A DNA stretch of 64,000 nt, from the NCBI GenBank assembly GCA_016278615.1, contig JADQBM010000037.1:12939-76938 (forward strand), given 5' to 3'. The stretch is from Clostridia bacterium (GTDB lineage Bacteria > Bacillota > Clostridia > Peptostreptococcales > JAAYPU01). Position 1 is the first letter of the stretch, and the number at the start of each line of letters is the position of its first letter. Shown here in pieces: positions 50,486 through 58,679 of this stretch. The notes below the pieces were generated by a model. The model was not told the origin of the DNA. It searched no databases and saw only the letters and a program-made list of their open reading frames with translations. The position numbers and the translations under genes are program-made.

Positions 50486-53400
50486 TTACTTATTATATAT
50501 CCTATAAAGGAATACTGCTGTTTCTGCCCGTGTGGTGTTGCCAAGAGGATTTATTTTATCCCCATCACCTTGTATCAGTCCTTCTTTTACTAAGGAAGCC
50601 ATGCTGTCAACAGCATAGTCTGCTGCAAGGTGCTTATCGGAAAAACCGTCCAGTGTCAATGCTGTATTTTGTTCTTTTATGATTTTCAACATCTTCAAAG
50701 CTCTTTCAGTAAGCACCATCATGTCTTGTCTCGTAATGGACTCATCTGGTTTGAATAGATTGTTTCCGGTTCCATTGGTAATGCCTAGCTTTTTCGCGAT
50801 ACCAATCTCTTCATAATAATAGGCGTTTTCTTGTATGTCTTCAAAGTTTTGGTCAATCTTTGCATCCACCCCAAGAGTTCTTACAAGAAAGTATAGATAA
50901 TCTGCTCTGGTAATGGCTGCTGCTGGCATATATTGATCTTCAAACACTTCTCTCAATATCCCCTTAGAAGCCAGAACATTAATCTGATCTTTAGCCCAAG
51001 GGACGCCTCCTATGTCACTAAAGGTCTTGAATACCTGACCCACTGCATATTCACTAAAGTGAGTGGTGCTAAAAGTAACCCTACCTGTTTCTGGATCATA
51101 TCTTCCTGAAGGCACTTTTACTGCATTGCCTTCACCATCGATATACCATATAACAATATTTTCTGGATTTGCAAGTTCTTCTTCTGTAGGCGTATAAGGA
51201 ATAGATACCTCTACGGGTGCATCTGGATTGTTCCACTCAATTGTTTGGTTTCCTGCTGTAAGTTTTAGTTCAATAATGGGTCGATCGCCTATTAAATCCT
51301 GTACCTCTTCTGGAAGACCTGATGGGTCTCCATTACCTATACTGATACCAATATCTCCAGAGGATTCATGCCCTGTTCCTGTTAGCATATTACTGGGTAG
51401 AGTTATGGTCCCCACCTCACTGGACATCTGAATCATTCTGACTGAATGATCCTGAGAAAGAACCTCTGCAGGCACTTCCAATATATAATCATTGGTGTTT
51501 TCTACTGTCGGCATTTCAATCGTTACAGTCTCTTTGCCATCCTCATCTGCTTCTGATGCTCTAAAGGCACTATTAACTGCATCTGAGCTCAAGCTTATTG
51601 TTGCACTCTCTTTTGATTCATCTATATCGACTTCATAGCTCTCCTTATAATTTCCTGTCTCGATTGTAGCATTAACAGTTGGTTCAGGGGTTGATGGGGT
51701 ACTCCTACGTGAGCTTCCGCCACCACCACTCGTTGATTTTTCATCAATGGTCAGGGTAAATTCACTGCTATCTGTGTTAAGAGCATTGTCAGCCACTTCG
51801 ATGGTAAAACTAAAGGTCCCACTTTCAGTAGGGGTTCCTGATAATTCACCGTTTGGTGTTAAGCTCAACCCAGTAGGAAGATTGCCGTCAGCTAAAGAGA
51901 AACTATAAGGCGGTGTACCTCCTGTAGCAGTGAAGGTATGGCTGTAAGCTTGATCTTCGGTTCCATCAGCCAACAGACCCCTTACAATTTCCAGGTCAGC
52001 AACTATTGGAGGATCTGTTGGTTCTACCAATGCCACCGTGTGGTAAAGACCGGCGGAGATTCCTGCCCAGTCATTGACATCGTCGATCTGCGTTGGGATG
52101 TGCTTATCCGCCATAGTATCGTCACCCAATTGGCCGTACTCGTTATTACCCCAGGCCCAGAGGCTACCATTGGTCTTCAGTGCCATGGAGTGATAGCCAC
52201 CGGCGAATATTTCCGTCCAGTCGTTGGCATCACCAATCTGCGTTGGGCTGGTTCTTGAATCAGTATCATCTGCGCCCATGCCTAACTGACCATCTTCGTT
52301 GCGACCCCAAGCATACAGACTGCCATCCGTCTTCAATGCCACCGTATGATTAACACCTGCAGATATGGAAGTCCATCCGCTTTCGCCGATTTTTGTTGGA
52401 ACACCCCTTACATCAGAAATCGTATCAGTTGTACCATCACCCAGCTGTCCATTCTGGTTATTGCCCCATGACCAGAGGCTGCCGTCCGTCTTCAACGCCA
52501 CCGTGCGTTTGCTACCGGTGGATACTGCCGCCCAGTCATATTCGCTCCCAATCTGCGTCGGGATGTTTCTTGGCTGATTGTCATCCACTCCCATGCCCAA
52601 CTGGCCAAAATCGTTCTGGCCCCAGGCCCACAGACTGCCGTCGGTCTTCAACGCCAAGGAGTGAAAATCACCAGCGGATACCGCTGCCCAATCGTATGTC
52701 TCGCTAATCTTCGTCGGAGTGGGTCTGTTCACATTAGTACCGTCTCCCAACTGAAAAGATCCGTTATAGCCCCAGGCATAGAGGCTACCATCAGTTTTCA
52801 ACGCCAATGAGTGCCTGTATCCGGCAGACACCGCCGCCCAGTTGCTGTGCGTACCAATCTGCTTGGGCGTGCTGCTATTATCAGTACTACCATCACCCAA
52901 CTGTCCACGATTGTTCAAGCCCCAGGCCCAAAGGGTGCCATCCGTTTTAATCGCCAATGTGTGATATTCGCCAGTAGCTACCACCGACCAGTCATCAGCA
53001 TCGCCCATCTGCGTCGGACTGCTTCTATCATTAGTGCTACCATCGCCTAAATGAGAATACAGATTAGAGCCCCAAGTCCAGATTTCTTTCCCAGCTTCTG
53101 CTCCCGCTGGTGTTGCGTCTTGAATGACTAAGTTCTCAATACTTCCCGCTTCAACGTTCAGAACGTACACCGTAATGGTGATGGTCTCTGCCGTGTCGTA
53201 GCTGGCCGTTACGGTGTAGTTACCAGTGACACCGTCTTCCACAACACTCACCAGCGTCAGTGATCCGGTACCGTTTTCGTTGATGTTGAAATCACCCTCA
53301 TCCAAATCGCTGACCGGATTATTCCAAACATCACGAACCTGAGCCGTAAAAGTGAAGTTCTGGTTCTCTTCCGGACTTACGGGGTCGCTCGTTAGTATGC

Positions 53401-54973
53401 TAGATGAGTCAACCATCAGTGTGCCATTGTTAATGGACCAGTCATACAAGTCAGCTCCATCCTTACCATCACCGGTTTTCGCTGTAAAAGTCCCTACAAA
53501 TGGCTCTGTCATTTCATAATTAGCCCAGTTTCCACTTAAAGTACCACTGCTGTCTCCCACTATCCGACCAAAGTTAGTACTTGCTGAACTCGCCATTCTA
53601 AGAATCCCTGTATTTAGAGCATAGCTGTTACTCACAGTTCCCCCCAAAATCTGTCCTACCAGGCCTCCAGTCAGCTGTCCTCCCGTTACGCTCCCTGTAG
53701 CGAAAGATTCCGTTACGACACTACCTGCAAGCTGCATTCCACCTACCAGTCCTCCTACTCTGGAATTAGTAGCACTCACATCGCCCGTAGCATAAGAGTT
53801 CTCGATTATACCTACACTAGTATTCCAACCATTTTCGCCTACCAGACCACCGACCCTATTAGTGCCTTCAACATTACCTTCGGCATATGAACCACTAATT
53901 TCATCAATGTTTCTTCCTACCAATCCTCCGATATACATTCCGGTACCATCAACAGCTCCTGTTGCATAGGAGCCCTCAATGGCTCCACTGTTGTATCCTG
54001 TGAGACCTCCTAAGTACTCAGCACCTTGCACGACACCCTCTGCATATGAATAGCTTATTGTCCCGTTATTGCTTCCTGCTAAACCGCCAATGGATTGAAC
54101 TCCCGACACATCCACCTGAGCATAGGAATCGCTGATTGAACCAAAGTTGCCTCCTGCCAAGCCGCCCACGCCGTTCCAATTTCCAGAAACTGTGCCTGTG
54201 GCGTAACCCTCTGTAATCGTCCCCAAGCTTCTTCCTACCAGAGCTCCAACCGATTCATAGCCTGTTACATTAATATCCGTTAAGCCCAAATCATAGATCT
54301 CAGCTCCAATACCTACATAGCCAAACAAGCCAACATAATATGTATTGGATCTATTGATAAAGAGATTCATAATGGTATATCCTCTACCGTCAAGTGTCCC
54401 GATAAATCTGTCATCAGATGTACCAATGGGCTCCCAGCCTTCTCCCGTGTTATACGGTCCCACATCTAGGTTTATAACAGACCCCAACTCAAAAGCTGCA
54501 CTCAGATGATACCTAACCGCATCCAACTGGTCCCCATTGATAATGACATAAGGATTCCCAGAATCTCCAGTTCCGCTTTCAAAAACAGCATTGACCACAA
54601 TTACATCAGCAAAGCTCGTCAATACCCCACTGTCCAAGGCTGCCACGTCGCCTGCCGTGTAACTGACAGTGACCCCGTCAGTTTTACTAACAGGTGCGCC
54701 ATCGACGGTCAATTTTATTTTTGTAGCGTCACCTTCCTGCAGTGTAATCGCAGAAAAAGAACGAACATCTGTTCCATTGAATTCGACGCTGAACTGATCC
54801 TGTTTATCAGCAGGATCTGCCATATCCTTGTCAAAGTTAAGAATAATCTCTGTACCTTCCCCATTGGTGGTGGCTCGGTTCAGCACTGGGGCGTCAGCTG
54901 CAAAAATAGGCATACTAAATCCTATAGATAAAACCACTATCACCGTTAGAAAAATTATGTGTTTCCATCTCAT
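50486..54973 (-). CDS. Large cell-surface protein: signal peptide, Ig-like, GLUG repeats, RCC1 beta-propeller, Ig, three SLH
   Basis: GGLVG.N...I..SYA.G.V repeats; about seven HT.A.KTDGSLWAWG.N..GQLG repeats; GGTPPY.F/LPTGLSL; SLH motifs ITRAD, ITRQD, TTRAE. Confidence 0.9.
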   Translation of the reverse strand: MRWKHIIFLTVIVVLSIGFSMPIFAADAPVLNRATTNGEGTEIILNFDKDMADPADKQDQFSVEFNGTDVRSFSAITLQEGDATKIKLTVDGAPVSKTDGVTVSYTAGDVAALDSGVLTSFADVIVVNAVFESGTGDSGNPYVIINGDQLDAVRYHLSAAFELGSVINLDVGPYNTGEGWEPIGTSDDRFIGTLDGRGYTIMNLFINRSNTYYVGLFGYVGIGAEIYDLGLTDINVTGYESVGALVGRSLGTITEGYATGTVSGNWNGVGGLAGGNFGSISDSYAQVDVSGVQSIGGLAGSNNGTISYSYAEGVVQGAEYLGGLTGYNSGAIEGSYATGAVDGTGMYIGGLVGRNIDEISGSYAEGNVEGTNRVGGLVGENGWNTSVGIIENSYATGDVSATNSRVGGLVGGMQLAGSVVTESFATGSVTGGQLTGGLVGQILGGTVSNSYALNTGILRMASSASTNFGRIVGDSSGTLSGNWANYEMTEPFVGTFTAKTGDGKDGADLYDWSINNGTLMVDSSSILTSDPVSPEENQNFTFTAQVRDVWNNPVSDLDEGDFNINENGTGSLTLVSVVEDGVTGNYTVTASYDTAETITITVYVLNVEAGSIENLVIQDATPAGAEAGKEIWTWGSNLYSHLGDGSTNDRSSPTQMGDADDWSVVATGEYHTLAIKTDGTLWAWGLNNRGQLGDGSTDNSSTPKQIGTHSNWAAVSAGYRHSLALKTDGSLYAWGYNGSFQLGDGTNVNRPTPTKISETYDWAAVSAGDFHSLALKTDGSLWAWGQNDFGQLGMGVDDNQPRNIPTQIGSEYDWAAVSTGSKRTVALKTDGSLWSWGNNQNGQLGDGTTDTISDVRGVPTKIGESGWTSISAGVNHTVALKTDGSLYAWGRNEDGQLGMGADDTDSRTSPTQIGDANDWTEIFAGGYHSMALKTNGSLWAWGNNEYGQLGDDTMADKHIPTQIDDVNDWAGISAGLYHTVALVEPTDPPIVADLEIVRGLLADGTEDQAYSHTFTATGGTPPYSFSLADGNLPTGLSLTPNGELSGTPTESGTFSFTIEVADNALNTDSSEFTLTIDEKSTSGGGGSSRRSTPSTPEPTVNATIETGNYKESYEVDIDESKESATISLSSDAVNSAFRASEADEDGKETVTIEMPTVENTNDYILEVPAEVLSQDHSVRMIQMSSEVGTITLPSNMLTGTGHESSGDIGISIGNGDPSGLPEEVQDLIGDRPIIELKLTAGNQTIEWNNPDAPVEVSIPYTPTEEELANPENIVIWYIDGEGNAVKVPSGRYDPETGRVTFSTTHFSEYAVGQVFKTFSDIGGVPWAKDQINVLASKGILREVFEDQYMPAAAITRADYLYFLVRTLGVDAKIDQNFEDIQENAYYYEEIGIAKKLGITNGTGNNLFKPDESITRQDMMVLTERALKMLKIIKEQNTALTLDGFSDKHLAADYAVDSMASLVKEGLIQGDGDKINPLGNTTRAETAVFLYRIYNK

Positions 54974-55002
54974 TGAAATTCCTCCTTTTCATGGTTGATT
55001 TG

Positions 55003-55533
55003 TTATTCGTCTCGTGCCGTTGAAAAACTTATGGTCGCTTTATAGTCCTCCTCTTCAGATGGCATAATTGAAATTGTTATGTAAACACCCTCTTTTGAAC
55101 CAGAAATCATATCCATGCCTTCAATGGACATAACTGATTTGGCTTCAGCATCTTTCATGACTTCTTTATAAAAATCAACTGTATCCGCTACTTCTGTTTT
55201 TGTTGCAACCGTAATCCAAAATTCCTTATCATCTACAGCACTCGCTGCTGATGCCATTAGTACAATGCTGTCCTTAATGATTGGAACCAAGTCCTCCGGA
55301 AACCCATCTGGTAAATCCACACCCGTTTCACTGGCTTCAAAAACAGAACTTCCATCTTCATTTTCGATTGTCAATTTACCATCTTCGATGGTCGTGGATC
55401 CATCATCTGTCTGTATCTCTACTTTTCCATCTTCCATTGATATCTCGCCATCTTCTGTTTTTATGGTTTTACCGCATGCTGTTATAGAAAATATCATTAT
55501 AAGGACAAGCCATATAGTAAGCAACTTTTTCAT
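55003..55533 (-). CDS. Lipoprotein with one copy of an unassigned P.G[FY]P.DLVPI domain
   Basis: Lipobox ITAC; LPDGFPEDLVPII...FYKEVM; start ATG 55533 after GAAAGGAAG. Confidence 0.75.
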   Translation of the reverse strand: MKKLLTIWLVLIMIFSITACGKTIKTEDGEISMEDGKVEIQTDDGSTTIEDGKLTIENEDGSSVFEASETGVDLPDGFPEDLVPIIKDSIVLMASAASAVDDKEFWITVATKTEVADTVDFYKEVMKDAEAKSVMSIEGMDMISGSKEGVYITISIMPSEEEDYKATISFSTARDE

Positions 55534-55561
55534 TCTAAATCTTCCTTTCAAGTTAAATTAA

Positions 55562-56464
55562 TTATTGTCCAAGCATCTCCACTGTCATATTATAAAAGGA
55601 TTTATATTTATCGTGGACATCTTCATCCCCTATAACAAGATAAATCTTTGCATTATCTAAGGACCCATTTAGATAGTAGCTGCCAGTACTGAGTGTCCCT
55701 TCTTCTTTATCTTTAGCATTTTCCATTACTTCCTTGTAAAATTTAAGTACTTCCTCTTTCTCTTCCTTTGAATAACATACAAGTACATAAGCTGTATTCC
55801 CGTTATACTCCATTTCATCTGCCTTGTTAATTTCACTTCCTCCAACAATAGGAACTAAATCCTTGTTATAGCCGCTTGGAATTTTATCTTCATTAATTAA
55901 CCCAGTATTGGCTTTACCTATATCAGATGAAGTGCTTGATTTTTCTTTTTCGACAGAATCTATTCCTGATATTTCAATTAATGTTGATGTTGGAAAGCCA
56001 TCTTCGAAGGTTTGTTCTGTGATTTTCATTGCTACTGCCTTACCTTCTAAGGTCCCTTCAAGAAAATAGATGCCTCCAAGTTGTTCATCCTTCATATCAC
56101 TGGCACCACTTAATATATCTCTATAGAAAGCAGCCACTTCCTCTGGTTCGCCAGGTGATAGTAGCTTTACCCATACTGACGCTTTTTCATTATCCAGATT
56201 TTCACTTCCCCCTGCAAAGATTCTACTTCCATCCATTATTGGAACTAGGTCTTCTGGGTATCCTTTAGGAACCGCTCCATCTGTATCTGATGCATCTTCA
56301 TTATTCTCATTTGAGCTGTTGTCTTCCTCATTATTAGAATCCATTGAATCCTCTTCAAAACTATCTTCATTGCTATCTGCAGTATACTCTGCCTCTCCTG
56401 TAGCGCATGCTGCAAACAATAACATAACCATTAAAAATGTTAATAAAACCACGATTTTCTTCAT
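55562..56464 (-). CDS. Lipoprotein with acidic linker and two copies of the same domain
   Basis: Lipobox FAAC; VPKGYPEDLVPI...FYRDIL and IPSGYNKDLVPI...FYKEVM. Confidence 0.78.
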   Translation of the reverse strand: MKKIVVLLTFLMVMLLFAACATGEAEYTADSNEDSFEEDSMDSNNEEDNSSNENNEDASDTDGAVPKGYPEDLVPIMDGSRIFAGGSENLDNEKASVWVKLLSPGEPEEVAAFYRDILSGASDMKDEQLGGIYFLEGTLEGKAVAMKITEQTFEDGFPTSTLIEISGIDSVEKEKSSTSSDIGKANTGLINEDKIPSGYNKDLVPIVGGSEINKADEMEYNGNTAYVLVCYSKEEKEEVLKFYKEVMENAKDKEEGTLSTGSYYLNGSLDNAKIYLVIGDEDVHDKYKSFYNMTVEMLGQ

Positions 56465-56486
56465 CCAATCACTCCTTCTCCACCAT

Positions 56487-56532
56487 AATGATTTAACCTA
56501 ATATTTAAGAATGATTTAACCTAATATTTAAG
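56487..56532. repeat. Perfect 23-bp tandem duplication
   Basis: AATGATTTAACCTAATATTTAAG x2. Confidence 0.9.
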
Positions 56533-56755
56533 TCTCCCCCCTTATGTTAGAATCAATTAAAAAGCTATCATCGCATTATATCAACTAATAAACTTTTATT
56601 GGTTTCACCTGTTGCTTGATGTGTTTCTGTTATTGCTATATAATTGTAAATGTATAAAAAATCATAATCTAAACTGTTCTAAACAAAAATCATTTTCTAT
56701 CTAATAGTGATAAATGGAGGTATGGTTCCATGTGCCTTTTTACGATAAACCAAAA

Positions 56756-56778
56756 CACTGCCACTTTCACTACCACTT
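56756..56778. promoter_or_regulatory. 11-bp direct repeat, candidate operator
   Basis: CACTGCCACTT-T-CACTACCACTT (period 12) in the divergent intergenic region. Confidence 0.5.
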
Positions 56779-56833
56779 CTTTGTTTAATATGATAACAAC
56801 GTGTTTGGAATTCTTAGGTGGTGATCTCAAATA

Positions 56834-58660
56834 ATGACACGAGAGGAACTGCTACTGACACGAAAATCGGAACTAAAACACCTGATAAGTTGGGCAGAAA
56901 ATAAGCAAAGTGCTCCTATGATGTGGTTTTATGGCCATATTGGGACTGGTAAAACTACCATCGTTACGGCTTTACATAAGTTCCTTAAGCTACGGACACA
57001 ATACATTTCTCTCAGCCCGGAGAATAGAAATGAAATATTATTAATATTGAAAAAAGCAACCGTCAATAACTTCCAATTAATCATTATAGATAATTTTGAC
57101 CTGTACTGGAGCCATGAACGCCTATTGGAACTTCGCCTGCTTCCTTTATTAAAAAATGGTGGGCCAAAACTTCTACTAGTAGGCAGAAAGCCTCTTCCAA
57201 AGATAATTTATAATGGGCCTTTATGGACGAATCTATTTGGTTCCCAAGAACTGTTAGACCTTGATAAAACAATTGTAGAAAAACTGTTAGCGTATTGGGA
57301 AATTGCACATTCAGATATAAGAGAAACTATTTGGCAGATGTCTAGGGGACGCCCGCTCCTAATAAAAGAAATTTTTGCAATCTTACCTTCTTATCTCAAC
57401 CTTACAACAGAGCAGGTTTCTTCTTTATGGCAAAATCTATTTCGGGAATTGACCCCTCGTATTGTCCAGGAACATCCAAATATAGATGATTGCTTAACAG
57501 CGGCAGCCTTTGTCCGATACTTTAACCGTGAACTCTTGGAAGATGTAACGGGAAGTTCCAATCCTCATCTGTTCCGCGAGCTTACCGAAACTTCTTTAGT
57601 TCTGCATAATAAAGAAGGTTATCATCTGGAACCTGTGTTACAGAGGGTTTTAATAGAAGCTACTGAGAGGGAGAAAGCAGTTTTCATTAGGACTAAGGTT
57701 GTTGATTACTGGAAAAAAAACCTTGCTTTCCAAAAACATCGCTACACAGGGATATTGAATGTGATTTTCGCCGGAGGAAATAGGATTCTTCAAGAACTTC
57801 TCCTTAAAACCACTTCCGAATACCAGCTTAGACCTGTAGAATTATACCAAGACTGCCTTGCAGGAGCTGAGAAAAAACAAGAATTATCTCTTAAAGACAT
57901 GCCAGAAAGGGTTAGCCTGGGCATCTTTATGGAGGAAGAATGCTGTCTACAATTTAAAAAGGGTGTCTTGGATGGCTATAAGAAAAAATGGAAAGAATTA
58001 CTGAACCCCCCAATCCTTGAGATATCTGGTGATTTAGCTAAACCGTGTTTTTGTATTTATGAAATATCGTTATCTCCCTTAAATAAAACCGAAGGCCTAT
58101 CTGGAATGCTTCACGAAATACTACTTTTGATTAGTAATGAAAAAAGCATTTTAATAATCGACCCTCCGGATGCTTTGGCAGATGTTTTAAAGGAAATGGC
58201 GCTAAATATTTTTCTATCTCGGGACCAGGTTGCTCCAGCATGCTACTGGTTGGATCCCACTTCTGAGGGCATCGTGAAATGGTTAGATAGAATTATATAT
58301 AGCCAATCCAGTTTGAAGTCAAATCAAAGCCCTTTGTCTGCAACAGAATTATCTCAGCTGGTTCGAGAAGCCCTCAACAATCTTGGAAACATTGAGGACT
58401 TAGCCAGTAGTCCACTGGCAGATATCCTCTCGATTGAGAGACATCCTGGAGAAGAGTTGAAACGGAGACTTGAAAAACATCTGGCGGAACTTCAAAAACA
58501 TGATAAACATCTATCAATACTTGTTAAAGCATCTTTACGGCAACAAGGGTTATCAAGAAAAGAACTGGCCAGAAACTTTAATATTTCTGAAAGAACTTTT
58601 TACCGCAGGTTGAACCTTGCCTATTACAAATTAGGGCAATTGCTTATGGAACATGAGTAA
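56834..58660 (+). CDS. STAND-type ATPase transcriptional regulator with C-terminal HTH (A)
   Basis: Walker A GHIGTGKT, Walker B IIIDNFD, LLVGR, GxP motif SRGRPLL, HTH RKELARNFNISERTFYRRL. Confidence 0.75.
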   Translation: MTREELLLTRKSELKHLISWAENKQSAPMMWFYGHIGTGKTTIVTALHKFLKLRTQYISLSPENRNEILLILKKATVNNFQLIIIDNFDLYWSHERLLELRLLPLLKNGGPKLLLVGRKPLPKIIYNGPLWTNLFGSQELLDLDKTIVEKLLAYWEIAHSDIRETIWQMSRGRPLLIKEIFAILPSYLNLTTEQVSSLWQNLFRELTPRIVQEHPNIDDCLTAAAFVRYFNRELLEDVTGSSNPHLFRELTETSLVLHNKEGYHLEPVLQRVLIEATEREKAVFIRTKVVDYWKKNLAFQKHRYTGILNVIFAGGNRILQELLLKTTSEYQLRPVELYQDCLAGAEKKQELSLKDMPERVSLGIFMEEECCLQFKKGVLDGYKKKWKELLNPPILEISGDLAKPCFCIYEISLSPLNKTEGLSGMLHEILLLISNEKSILIIDPPDALADVLKEMALNIFLSRDQVAPACYWLDPTSEGIVKWLDRIIYSQSSLKSNQSPLSATELSQLVREALNNLGNIEDLASSPLADILSIERHPGEELKRRLEKHLAELQKHDKHLSILVKASLRQQGLSRKELARNFNISERTFYRRLNLAYYKLGQLLMEHE

Positions 58661-58679
58661 TTAACGGAGGGTAAAATTA

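Noticed and set aside
50448-50492. TATATTACTTA x3 as a CRISPR-like or functional array
   Set aside because: 11-bp AT-rich units, irregular very short spacers, overlapping a stop codon, no cas genes
52020-53085. DNA repeats as a CRISPR array or DGR template
   Set aside because: They are in-frame RCC1 protein repeats; no reverse transcriptase or cas gene in the window
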